The position numbers were made by a program, and so were the translations under genes. From assembly GCA_050259635.1 (NCBI GenBank), contig JBLNBA010000002.1, positions 154,906-218,905 on the forward strand: a DNA stretch of 64,000 nt, in the 5' to 3' direction. The first letter of the stretch is position 1. Each line of letters opens with the position of its first letter. The notes under the pieces were generated by a model. The model was given only the letters and a program-made list of their open reading frames with translations, was not told the origin of the DNA and made no database searches. The DNA comes from Bacillota bacterium (GTDB lineage Bacteria > Patescibacteriota > Patescibacteriia > Patescibacteriales > UBA12465). This document shows positions 8,870 through 18,117 of the stretch, piece after piece.

Positions 8870-10204
8870 CTAGCGGAGTCCCGTGCTGCCGAAACCGCCG
8901 TCTAAGCGGCTGGTATCATTTTCCACCTTTCCTTCTTCTATCTTGGGAAATTCTACTTTCTGGATTAAGAGCTGAGCTATTTTCTGTCCCGCTTGGATAT
9001 TATATATATCTTCGCTCAGATTCTTGAAGACGACCATGATTTCTCCGCGGTAGCCGGAATCTATGACTCCGCCCATCGTCTTATATCCTTGGGCGGCTAA
9101 GCCGCTCTTATCCCAGATCAAACCGGCATACCCCTCCGGAATCATGAGCTTGACGCCGGTGCGGATGCGATCCGTGCCATAGGCGGGGACGGAGACGTTT
9201 TCGCAGGCATAAAGATCAAGGCCGGCATCAGTGGCATGTGCCCGCGTGGGCAGCTTGGCTTCTGCGTGAACTCTCTCGGCAAGGATTGCTGGTTTCTCAT
9301 TATCCGTGACAGAGGCAGGGAGGGCAGTGGCAGCGGTAACGGGGGTAAGATTCTCTCGCGTGTCTTCCGGGTGGGCGGGGACTCCTTTTTCTCCCCTGTC
9401 TGTTTGCCCGATCTCCGCTTTGGGGGTGTCGATGAACTGTGGCAGGTTACTGCCGATTTTTCCCTTGCCTACGAGGATATCCGCCACCGGTTGCATGCCG
9501 GCCGGCTTTTTCGTACCGCCGATGCTCAGGATGCGGTTGACATAGAGCCAGACAAGGTAGTTTATATCTTCTCGGCTCATAATCTCGCCGTTGCGGGTGC
9601 AGCGGATGAGACGGAAGTCCGGCATCGTCTGTGCTATTTCCAGATATACCTGTTCTGCTTTTTTGAGATGCTGCAGGTTTTCTTCGTGGATGTCTTTGGT
9701 TTTTCCTTTCCAATCCTCGCGTCCGCGGTCCTGAGCCATCTTTTGGGCTATTTCCGCCTCTACATGCAGGATGAGATAGAGATCGGGCTTGGGAATACGG
9801 AAGATCTTGTATTCGATCTCGCTTAACCAGTTGAAGAATAACTTCCTTTCCAAAGCGTTTTCTATTTTCCCCCCCTGGTGGGCGAAGCTGGCGGAAACAT
9901 AACGGTTACAGACCACGATCTTGCCCTGGGAAAGCCATTCGCGGATCTTGAAGCTGGCATCAAAACGATCGGTGGCGTATAAGATCGAGGCTGCATACGG
10001 ATTGACGTCATCTGCGCCTCCGTATTTTCCTGAGAGATATTCTTCCACCATGCCCGCGGATTTCTGATTATATTGCGGAAAGTCTGCCAACTCCACGTCG
10101 TATCCTTCGGCCGCGAGCTTGGATACCAAAAGTTGCAGCTGTGTAGTTTTGCCGCTGCCGTCGGTGCCGTCTATGACAATGAATTTTCCGGGATAGGATG
10201 ACAT
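8870..10204 (-). CDS. tmk: Thymidylate kinase - dUTPase fusion
   Basis: N-terminal IDGTDGSGKTTQ and NRY (Tmk); C-terminal AGLDL, DKSGLA, GVIDSGYRGE, KIAQ, RLDGGFGSTG (trimeric dUTPase motifs 1-5). Confidence 0.9.
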   Translation of the reverse strand: MSSYPGKFIVIDGTDGSGKTTQLQLLVSKLAAEGYDVELADFPQYNQKSAGMVEEYLSGKYGGADDVNPYAASILYATDRFDASFKIREWLSQGKIVVCNRYVSASFAHQGGKIENALERKLFFNWLSEIEYKIFRIPKPDLYLILHVEAEIAQKMAQDRGREDWKGKTKDIHEENLQHLKKAEQVYLEIAQTMPDFRLIRCTRNGEIMSREDINYLVWLYVNRILSIGGTKKPAGMQPVADILVGKGKIGSNLPQFIDTPKAEIGQTDRGEKGVPAHPEDTRENLTPVTAATALPASVTDNEKPAILAERVHAEAKLPTRAHATDAGLDLYACENVSVPAYGTDRIRTGVKLMIPEGYAGLIWDKSGLAAQGYKTMGGVIDSGYRGEIMVVFKNLSEDIYNIQAGQKIAQLLIQKVEFPKIEEGKVENDTSRLDGGFGSTGLR

Positions 10205-10263
10205 AGGGATAAGAAAAAAGCGCCGGCATACGCCTGAGCACTCCTCCTTGCTTTTTTAAACTA

Positions 10264-10821
10264 TCATTTATTCTTTATTTCCTCAATAAGATTATCTAGC
10301 TGGGATTCCAGATTTTCCAGGTCGCCGTTATTATCCAGATGGAATGAGGCGGCCGCCATGGTTTCAGGGATCTGTTGCTCTGCTTCTCGGTTTTCGTCGG
10401 CCAGGAATTCCGGGTAGGTTTTTTCCGCGTCGCCGGCATTTTCATTGCGCTGTTTCATGCGTTCGTATCTGGTGTTGGGGTCGGCCTCGATACTGATCAG
10501 ATAGAACCCCGGTATGTCTTTTAGGGAGGAGATATCTTCCAAGCGGCGGACGCCGTCGATAACAACGATTTCGCTATCATTTTTAAGAGCATCTTCGGCA
10601 ATGACTCTCGATAATATATCGGCTCCAAAACGGTTACGTAGGTCCAGGGAAAGCCCTTGGAGGCCTTCACGGGTGGCAGGAAGGTACAGGCGGTCCATGA
10701 TGTCGCGTAGGGGCGTGGAGAAACGGGCGCTTTTGGCACCATATTTCTCACCTAAATATTTTTGGCAGACCGCTTTGCCACTTGCCAGGCGGCCGACGAA
10801 TCCGAGGACGAATCTTGCCAT
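10264..10821 (-). CDS. P-loop NMP/dephospho-CoA kinase-like protein
   Basis: GFVGRLASGK P-loop, VIDGVR, LDNNGDLE; lies inside the dTTP operon. Confidence 0.75.
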   Translation of the reverse strand: MARFVLGFVGRLASGKAVCQKYLGEKYGAKSARFSTPLRDIMDRLYLPATREGLQGLSLDLRNRFGADILSRVIAEDALKNDSEIVVIDGVRRLEDISSLKDIPGFYLISIEADPNTRYERMKQRNENAGDAEKTYPEFLADENREAEQQIPETMAAASFHLDNNGDLENLESQLDNLIEEIKNK

Positions 10822-10822
10822 A

Positions 10823-12121
10823 TTAGCGTTGTTCCTTCAATACGATGTCATGGAGTCCGCGGCGCACATCCCAATCATCCAGGTCTAGATCGCAGTGGAG
10901 CGCCACTTCCGGCAGATTCTGGCGGAGGGCTTCATACATCTTGTGGGCCACTCGTCTGAGACTAGGGTGGACAGTCTTTCCCGAGCGTAGTTCGGTTACA
11001 TAGATGGCGGAAGTGAGAGGGTTGGTGATGTGGCAGAAGACATTGAAGCCCATGGCGATGTAGTATTGCTTGAGTTCGGGGCTTGCTTCGAGTGCATCCA
11101 CCTTGGTTTTCTGGGAAGCGATGAGGTTCTCCGCATCAAGGCGCATCTCTTCTGGCAGCTGTTCTAGGTACCAAGATTGGAAACCGAGTTGCGTGGTGAG
11201 CAGAGGAGTGCGGGCGATAGCACTGCGGTGGCGCTGAATATCCCGATATGAACCGTAATCGAGTAGGAACTCGAAGCGGCAATTTCCGAGGTCGGCCATG
11301 AAATAGGGAAGATTGGTTTTGATCGGGCGCTTATCCAATGCTTCCTGGAAATTCTTCAATTCATTACGGTCGATGTCGGTTGAGAATGAGAATTCCTTGG
11401 GGTCTTTCGGGGCGAAATATGAATATTTTGCCATCATCTCTTCACGGTAGGCTTCTTGTTCCGGATATTGCTGGTGGGAAAAGCTGTTTTCATAACGGGA
11501 GCGCAGTTCGGCAAGAATCTGTTCGGCTAATTCGCGCATCTCCTGGAGAGGATGATGCCTGAGAAGAGAGAGCTTATCCCAGGCTTGGCGCAGATTGGTG
11601 TGCCAGCTGAGCTGAGTGGTGATGCCGGCCGGCAAAAAGCCGCGCATGATGTCGAAGGAGCGGGCGCTGATTGCCTTGTCATACATTTTCTCGTCCTCTT
11701 CGTCTCGGCGGGGGTATTTTTCCTTGAGGAAGGGAGTGATCCTTTCACGCCCTTTGATATAAAAATCCATCCAGGCATCGATAATCGCTTTGGATTCGGC
11801 AGTCGCTAAAGGGTCTATTATCGCTTGGCTGGCCATGTCGATGTAGCGGGTGCTGGTCTCCTGTCCGCTATATAGTGGCCAGTCCTGCACCGCCTTATCG
11901 GCTAGGATGCTCAAGCCTTCGATGAAGATGGTAGTGCTGCCGCAATCCGCAATAGAAGCGTGCCCGTAACCGACGTAGAACGTGGACATGAATTTGCCGG
12001 AGCCGCTCTGCCTTACTTTTTCCACATGCTCTTCGACGCTTTTTGGGCTGCGGGAATATAGCGCCTGCATCATGGCGGTGTCCTCCGGGTTGAACTCATC
12101 GTAGACGAATACTTTTGCCAT
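10823..12121 (-). CDS. thyX: FAD-dependent thymidylate synthase, long two-domain type
   Basis: GYGHASIAD, ETSTRY, TNLR, YRDIQRHR, HPSLR; operon context. Confidence 0.85.
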   Translation of the reverse strand: MAKVFVYDEFNPEDTAMMQALYSRSPKSVEEHVEKVRQSGSGKFMSTFYVGYGHASIADCGSTTIFIEGLSILADKAVQDWPLYSGQETSTRYIDMASQAIIDPLATAESKAIIDAWMDFYIKGRERITPFLKEKYPRRDEEDEKMYDKAISARSFDIMRGFLPAGITTQLSWHTNLRQAWDKLSLLRHHPLQEMRELAEQILAELRSRYENSFSHQQYPEQEAYREEMMAKYSYFAPKDPKEFSFSTDIDRNELKNFQEALDKRPIKTNLPYFMADLGNCRFEFLLDYGSYRDIQRHRSAIARTPLLTTQLGFQSWYLEQLPEEMRLDAENLIASQKTKVDALEASPELKQYYIAMGFNVFCHITNPLTSAIYVTELRSGKTVHPSLRRVAHKMYEALRQNLPEVALHCDLDLDDWDVRRGLHDIVLKEQR

Positions 12122-12131
12122 ATGTTTGAAA

Positions 12132-12626
12132 TTATTGGTCTTTATATACTGTCATCATTTCGGAGGCCAGAAAGAATTCTACTTTTGCCAGTCCGAAAAT
12201 TTCTTTGCTTCGTGAACCGGCGTGGTAGTCCTGGGCGCAGACGACCCGTTTTATCCCGGCATTGATAATCATCTTGGCGCAGGTATAGCAGGGAGTCATC
12301 TTGCAATATAGCGTACCGCCTTCTAAGGGGATGCCCATGCGAGCCGCCTCGCAGATGGCATTCTGTTCGGCATGGGTAGTGCGGATGCAATGTCGGCTTG
12401 AGGTGCCGTCTTCGTGAGTAACGGTGTGCATCTCGTGCCCCACCTCATCGCAGTGGGGAGCGCCTACGGGGGAGCCGACATAGCCGGTCGCCACGATGCG
12501 GCGGTCTTTCGTTATCACACAGCCCGCGCGTCCCCGATCACAGGTACCGCGAGTGCCGACCATTACGGCGATTTTGAGGAAATATTCATCCCAAGCCGGG
12601 CGAACGTAGCTGTTTTCTTCGCTCAT
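12132..12626 (-). CDS. dCMP deaminase (ComEB family)
   Basis: RPAWDEYF, HAEQNAI, PCYTC zinc motifs; start placed at ATG 12626. Confidence 0.9.
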   Translation of the reverse strand: MSEENSYVRPAWDEYFLKIAVMVGTRGTCDRGRAGCVITKDRRIVATGYVGSPVGAPHCDEVGHEMHTVTHEDGTSSRHCIRTTHAEQNAICEAARMGIPLEGGTLYCKMTPCYTCAKMIINAGIKRVVCAQDYHAGSRSKEIFGLAKVEFFLASEMMTVYKDQ

Positions 12627-12798
12627 AGATTTCAGGTGAGATAATGAGGTTAAAAGCAATTATATTGTAGTATAGAATGCTTAATTATTGAATATTGACA
12701 ACCTGGCCTTATCGTACCGGCGTTGATTTTTTCTCATAAATCGGTTACACTAGCCATAGGATTTTCTTTTATTCTCGCAAAAAATTTCTTCTTATTTT

Positions 12799-14037
12799 AT
12801 GAAATATTGGCTATATATCTTCCTTGTCTTCGCCGGCCTGCTCGGTTTCGCTTCGGGAAGGGCTCAAGCGGCAGGGATAGCAGAAAATCTCTCCGGCCGG
12901 ATTGTCTTGAGCGTGCAGGAGCATGGCGAAGCTTGGTATATTAATCCGGTTGATCTCCGCCGTTACTTTCTGGGACGTCCTTCTGATGCTTTTGGAGTAA
13001 TGAGAGAGCTGGGGTTGGGGATCAGCGAGCAGCAGTTCCAGGAAATCGCCCAAGCTGGCTTGCCGGTGGAAGGGAACAAAGAATTGGCAGCTAAGCTTTC
13101 CGGCAAAATTTTGCTTCAGGTGGAGAAGAATGGCGAAGCTTGGTATGTTAATCCGGTTGATCTTAAAAAATACTATCTCGGCCGCCCCGATGATGCGTTC
13201 CGTATCATGCGCGAATTGGGTTTGGGCATAACCAGGGAGGACCTGGCTCGGATACATAAGCCGGGCTTGAGCGAAAGCCTTGATCAATTTAGCTCCTATG
13301 ACCTGAAGACGATCTCGACTGAGCGCGGTGATTTTAAGGCGGATGTGATGAAGATCAGCTTGAAGGATCCGGATTTAAAGATCATGACTATCACTGCTTC
13401 CGGGGCGGATTGCAAGGATGGACCTTGCCCGGCGGGAACCCTTGGCTCATTCGTATTTGATAATAATAGCTTCGCCGGGGTAAATGGCAGCTATTTTTGT
13501 TCCGGCAACGGGTGTGGCGCCGCCAATTATTTCTTCTTTCCTATCTATGACAGCCGGACGGGAGTGATGGTTAATCAAGACCAGCTAAAATATTGGACGA
13601 CCGGTCCGCTCATCGTCTTTGATGCTGATAACCGCTTTTATTACTTCAAGGACTCGCGGGAGTTTAAGAGCGTGGCGGACTTTGAAAGCACTTATGGTAC
13701 CCGCATACAGGCAGCTATCGGAAACAAGCCCAGATTGGTGGAAAAAGGGATGAATGCACTCATCGACTGGGAACTGGATAAGTCCCAGCGAACGGGGAAA
13801 TACTGGCGTAATGCCATCGGCTATATGGAAGATCCTTTGGATCCGGGGAAGGGTGATTTGTATATCGTGATCGCTCGAGCGGCTACGGTGGACGACTTGG
13901 CGGTCGTCATGAAATCCATGAATATGGATTATGCCTTGAATTTGGATGGAGGATCGTCTTCTGCTTTGATCTATAACGGCGAATACATGGTCGGACCCGG
14001 ACGGAATATTCCCAATGTCCTGGTATTCAAGCATTGA
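12799..14037 (+). CDS. Secreted phosphodiester glycosidase (NAGPA/DUF2233)-like protein with two N-terminal repeats
   Basis: Signal peptide; GVNGSYF, RNAIG, ALNLDGGSS; two LSGxIxLxVxxxGEAWYxNPVDLxxYxLGRPxDAF repeats. Confidence 0.8.
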   Translation: MKYWLYIFLVFAGLLGFASGRAQAAGIAENLSGRIVLSVQEHGEAWYINPVDLRRYFLGRPSDAFGVMRELGLGISEQQFQEIAQAGLPVEGNKELAAKLSGKILLQVEKNGEAWYVNPVDLKKYYLGRPDDAFRIMRELGLGITREDLARIHKPGLSESLDQFSSYDLKTISTERGDFKADVMKISLKDPDLKIMTITASGADCKDGPCPAGTLGSFVFDNNSFAGVNGSYFCSGNGCGAANYFFFPIYDSRTGVMVNQDQLKYWTTGPLIVFDADNRFYYFKDSREFKSVADFESTYGTRIQAAIGNKPRLVEKGMNALIDWELDKSQRTGKYWRNAIGYMEDPLDPGKGDLYIVIARAATVDDLAVVMKSMNMDYALNLDGGSSSALIYNGEYMVGPGRNIPNVLVFKH

Positions 14038-14038
14038 T

Positions 14039-14311
14039 ATGAATATTGAAGAAATAAAACGGGCCTTAGCCAGCAAGGGTAAAGCATCCTTCCATGTTAA
14101 GGTATCGCCGGGGGCTGATCGCACGGAATGGCAAGAGCCACTGGCAGACGGGACTTTGCGCCTTAAAGTTAAGTCTGCCCCCGAAAGGGGCAAGGCAAAT
14201 GAAGAGGTGGTCAGCTTTATTGCGTCGGAATTAGGTATAAGGAAGAAAGAACTTGAAATTACCGCCGGGGGAGGGGCGCGTTTGAAACGTTTAAAGGCTC
14301 GCAAGGGATAA
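14039..14311 (+). CDS. DUF167/YggU family protein
   Basis: VKVSPGA, KSAPERGKANEEV. Confidence 0.85.
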   Translation: MNIEEIKRALASKGKASFHVKVSPGADRTEWQEPLADGTLRLKVKSAPERGKANEEVVSFIASELGIRKKELEITAGGGARLKRLKARKG

Positions 14312-14316
14312 TTTAT

Positions 14317-15162
14317 ATGGACATATCGGTCATAATCGTTTCTTGGAAAGTCAAAGAGAAGCTCAGAGAGAATCTGCTGTCTTTAAGGCCGGCTTTGAGC
14401 GGTTTGCAGGCAGAAGTATTTGTCGTGGATAACGCTTCCCAGGACGGGACGGCAGAGATGATAAAGAAAGAATTCCCTGAGGTCAGGCTAATCGCTAACG
14501 ATGAGAATTTGGGCTTTGCCAAAGCGAATAACCAGGCGATGAAGAAGGCGACGGGAGATTATTTCCTCTTGTTAAATCCCGATATGAGGGTTTTCCCCAA
14601 TACCATCCAGCGGAGCCTGATTTTTGCTGCTTCTAAACCTCGAGCGGTTGTTACCGGCGTGAAGCTAATCAGTGAAAGCGGAAACTTGGTTCCCCATGTG
14701 CGCCGTTTTCCGAGAATCGGCGATCAATTGGCAATCGTCTTGAAATTACCCCATCTTTTCCCGAAAGTCCTTGATGGTTACTTGCAGGAAGGCTTTGATT
14801 ATTCCCAGGAGGCGAAAGTGGATTCCATCCGTGGCGCCTTCTTTCTCATAAACCGGGGCTATTGGAAATCCCTAAGCAATGAAGACAAGCCTTTATTAGA
14901 CGAACGCTATTTCATTTGGTTTGAGGAGGTTGACTTTTGCCGACGAGTGTATGAGAATGGCGGGGAAGTCTGGTATACGCCGGATGCGGCCTGTGTGGAC
15001 TACGTGGGGCAGAGCTTCAAGAAAGTGAAAAGATCATCAAAGCAGCTTTATTTCCAGGAATCGATGATCGCCTATTTCCGCAAATGGGAGTCTCCCTGGA
15101 AGGCCTCGGTGCTTTCGCTTGCCTGGCCGATCGGGCGCTTAATCGCCAGAATATTTTCTTGA
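14317..15162 (+). CDS. GT2 family glycosyltransferase
   Basis: VVDNASQDGT, NLGFAKANN, LLNPD, FEEVDFC. Confidence 0.9.
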   Translation: MDISVIIVSWKVKEKLRENLLSLRPALSGLQAEVFVVDNASQDGTAEMIKKEFPEVRLIANDENLGFAKANNQAMKKATGDYFLLLNPDMRVFPNTIQRSLIFAASKPRAVVTGVKLISESGNLVPHVRRFPRIGDQLAIVLKLPHLFPKVLDGYLQEGFDYSQEAKVDSIRGAFFLINRGYWKSLSNEDKPLLDERYFIWFEEVDFCRRVYENGGEVWYTPDAACVDYVGQSFKKVKRSSKQLYFQESMIAYFRKWESPWKASVLSLAWPIGRLIARIFS

Positions 15163-15163
15163 T

Positions 15164-16216
15164 ATGAAAATTGGTCTCGTGCTGGTAAATTATAAGGATT
15201 ATGCGGAGCGCTTCTTAGCGCCTTGTTTGGCGTCCATCCGCGCCTTAGATCCGGCCTTGAAGCCGGATATTTTCATTGTTGATAATGCTAGTACGCCGGC
15301 GACAGCAGGCTTTCTGGCAATTGAAGCTCCAGAGGCACGACTGATCATAAATCAGAATAACGATGGTTTTGCCAAGGGGAACAACGATGCTATGCGGGTC
15401 ATGCTGGAAGAAGGATATGAATATATTCTGCTTCTAAACATGGACGCTTCTTTGGCACCCGATGCTTTATTAGAGATGGTGCACAAGCTGGAAACATCAG
15501 GGAAAGCCGGCGCAGCCCAGGCTAGGATAATGCTCGATCCCGATAAGGAATTAGTTAACAGCGTAGGCAACGCGACGCATTTTTTGGGTTTCGGCTACTG
15601 TTTGGGATATCGCCAGCCATATGGAGGAAAGGCGAAGGAAAAGATTGCCTATCCGTCGGGGGCTTGTGTCCTTTTGCGAGCGTCGGCATTGAAAGCGGCC
15701 GGGTTGTTTGATGAAGAATTTTGGATGTATAATGAAGACCAAGACTTGGGATGGCGCCTCTGGCTTTCCGGATGGGAATGCTTGTTGGCGGAGAAGGCGG
15801 TAGCTTACCATCATTATGAATTCAGCCGCTCTCAGAGCAAATATTTCTGGATGGAACGTAATCGCTTGATTGCCGCTTGGAAAAATTATTCCTGCCTGGC
15901 TTTGATTCTGGCTTTTCCGGCGCTTATAACGATGGAACTCGGCATGAGTTTCTTTTCTATCCGCTCCGGCTGGTTTGCGGAAAAGAGGCGTGCTTGGGCA
16001 TACTTCTTTAATCCTAAGAATTGGGGCTATCTTTATCGTGCAAGGAAACAAGCACAGTCTTTGCGCCAAAGGCCGGACCATGATATTTTAGAACTCTTTA
16101 CGGGGCGAATCTGGTATCAGGAGATAGACCATCCTCTCCTGCGTTATGTGGCTAACCCGATTTTTTCCGCCTATTTCGTTCTGCTTAAGGCGATCTTGAG
16201 ATTAGCCAGCAAATGA
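15164..16216 (+). CDS. GT2 family glycosyltransferase
   Basis: IVDNAS, GFAKGNN, LLNMD, YNEDQDLGWR. Confidence 0.9.
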   Translation: MKIGLVLVNYKDYAERFLAPCLASIRALDPALKPDIFIVDNASTPATAGFLAIEAPEARLIINQNNDGFAKGNNDAMRVMLEEGYEYILLLNMDASLAPDALLEMVHKLETSGKAGAAQARIMLDPDKELVNSVGNATHFLGFGYCLGYRQPYGGKAKEKIAYPSGACVLLRASALKAAGLFDEEFWMYNEDQDLGWRLWLSGWECLLAEKAVAYHHYEFSRSQSKYFWMERNRLIAAWKNYSCLALILAFPALITMELGMSFFSIRSGWFAEKRRAWAYFFNPKNWGYLYRARKQAQSLRQRPDHDILELFTGRIWYQEIDHPLLRYVANPIFSAYFVLLKAILRLASK

Positions 16217-16217
16217 T

Positions 16218-17039
16218 ATGGAATTATCCGTTATTATCGTAAATTATAAGAGCAAAGAGAAGCTGGCAAATTGCCTGCGATCTTTAGCACTATCCGATTT
16301 AAAGGGGATCGAGTATGAGGTCTTGGTAGTGGAAAATTCTTCCGGAGATGATCTTTCCGATTTATTGGCAGCCTATCCTGAAGTGAGGCTTTTTGAGAGC
16401 CCCTCTAATCTTGGCATGGGCGGAGGAAATAATTTGGGGATCGGTAAGACGGCCGGCGAATATATCCTTATCGCTAACCCTGATATCGTTTTTTCTCCCT
16501 CCTCGATCCGAGAGCTCCTGGATTTCATCCGTCGCCATCCTGAAGCGGCAATCGTGGGACCGAAACTCCTGAATACTAATGGGACTCTGCAATATTCCTG
16601 CGCGCGTTTTCCCGGCTTCTTCGTCCCCTTCCTTCGGCGCACGTTCATCGGCCGCTATTTGCCTAAAGCAGTTGATCGTTACCTGATGAAAGATGAAGGC
16701 CATGATCGGACGGCAGCGGTGGATTGGATTATGGGAGCCTGCTTGTTGGTTAGGCGGGGCGAACTTTTTGAAGACGGGAAGCTTTTTGACGAACGGTTCT
16801 TTATGTACTTCGAAGATGTCGATATCTGCCGGCGAGCCAGGGAGAAGGGAAAGTATACGATTTATCTTTCCGAAACCGCCGTTACCCATGATCATCAGCG
16901 GGAAAGCGCCCGTTTGCCTTGGTATCAGGCGATTTTGAAAGATAAGCTAGCCCGCGAACATATTAGCTCCTGGTGGAAGTATTTCATTAAATGGGGTCTG
17001 AAAGCCGCCCCTAAATTAAATCCATATGCAAAAGATTAA
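16218..17039 (+). CDS. GT2 family glycosyltransferase
   Basis: NLGMGGGNN, IANPD, FMYFEDVD. Confidence 0.9.
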   Translation: MELSVIIVNYKSKEKLANCLRSLALSDLKGIEYEVLVVENSSGDDLSDLLAAYPEVRLFESPSNLGMGGGNNLGIGKTAGEYILIANPDIVFSPSSIRELLDFIRRHPEAAIVGPKLLNTNGTLQYSCARFPGFFVPFLRRTFIGRYLPKAVDRYLMKDEGHDRTAAVDWIMGACLLVRRGELFEDGKLFDERFFMYFEDVDICRRAREKGKYTIYLSETAVTHDHQRESARLPWYQAILKDKLAREHISSWWKYFIKWGLKAAPKLNPYAKD

Positions 17040-17898
17040 GAAAGCGATATTGCCCGTAGCGGGTTTCGGTACCCGTTTCCTTCCCGCCACTAAAGCCCAG
17101 CCGAAAGAAATGCTGCCGGTGGTGGATAAGCCCGTTATTCAATATTTGGTGGAAGAAGCAGTGGCTGCCGGAATCGAAGAGATAATCTTTGTCACCGGTC
17201 GAGGGAAGAGGGCGATAGAGGATCATTTTGATTATTCCTTCGAACTATCCAAGACTCTGGTGGAGAAGAATAAGCTGGACTTGGTGAAGAAGGTACAGGC
17301 GATTGAGAATTTGGCCAAATTTTCCTATGTCCGGCAACCCATCCCTTTAGGGGACGGGCATGCGATCAAGTGCGCTTCACATTTGGTTCGTGAAGACGAA
17401 CCGGTCCTGGTAATGTTCGGCGATACTTTATACGACTCTAAAGTTTCTCCGGCCAAGCAGGTGATCGAAGCTTATGAACGCTATGGGGATCCGGTGGTCG
17501 GATTATCTGAAGTAGATCCGGAAGAAGTGAATAAGTTCGGGGTGATCGACGGACTTGATTTGGGAGAAGGAAACTTTGAAATCAAGAAGTTTGTCGAGAA
17601 ACCGGCTGTGGGAGAGGCTCCGTCCAACCTGGCGGCGGTGGGTATTTACGTCATTACGCCTGAAGTCCTGCAAATCCTTAATGGCATGGAGAGCGGCAAG
17701 TCCGGCGAGATTCGCTTGGCAGACGCTTTTGACCTCATGCTGGATGCCGGCCGGCCGTTATATGGCAAGCGTTTAGAAGGGGAATGGCTAGATACGGGAA
17801 ATAAGTTTAATTTCATCAAAGCGACGATCAAGCTGGGCTTAAAGGATGAGGAGATCGGAGAAGAGTTGAAGCGGCTTATAAGGGAGTTGGCTAAGTAA
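17026..17898 (+). CDS. galU: UTP-glucose-1-phosphate uridylyltransferase
   Basis: PVAGFGTRFLPATKAQPKEMLPVVDKP. Confidence 0.95.
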   Translation: MQKIKKAILPVAGFGTRFLPATKAQPKEMLPVVDKPVIQYLVEEAVAAGIEEIIFVTGRGKRAIEDHFDYSFELSKTLVEKNKLDLVKKVQAIENLAKFSYVRQPIPLGDGHAIKCASHLVREDEPVLVMFGDTLYDSKVSPAKQVIEAYERYGDPVVGLSEVDPEEVNKFGVIDGLDLGEGNFEIKKFVEKPAVGEAPSNLAAVGIYVITPEVLQILNGMESGKSGEIRLADAFDLMLDAGRPLYGKRLEGEWLDTGNKFNFIKATIKLGLKDEEIGEELKRLIRELAK

Positions 17899-17945
17899 GG
17901 ACAAAAGACAAAACGCTCAGAAATGGGCGTTTTTTGATATATATA

Positions 17946-18056
17946 TTGACAGTTGATCAATTATATAATAAGTTTTACGGTTGATCATTACAATTAGTAT
18001 CATTGGTCATAGCCAAGAGATGGCTAAAGAGTTAATCATTTTTTGGCTGTGACCAA
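17946..18056 (+). promoter_or_regulatory. Promoter, conserved leader motif and 25-bp hairpin
   Basis: TTGACA-17-TAAGTT; ACGGTTGATCATTACAAT (17977-17994); stem 18003-18027 / 18032-18056. Confidence 0.65.
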
Positions 18057-18117
18057 AAAGGCACGGTTCCTGCACCGGAAAAGGGCAATTTAAAAGCGCG
18101 TAGCGTAAGGAGGCTTT

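Noticed and set aside
10212-10257. AAAAAAGC...GCTTTTTT element containing AGGAGG between the kinase gene and tmk
   Set aside because: Irregular inner pairing and the GTG after the SD is out of frame with tmk; cannot assign a function
12655-12670. Possible NrdR box upstream of the dTTP operon
   Set aside because: Several mismatches, single copy, AT-rich background
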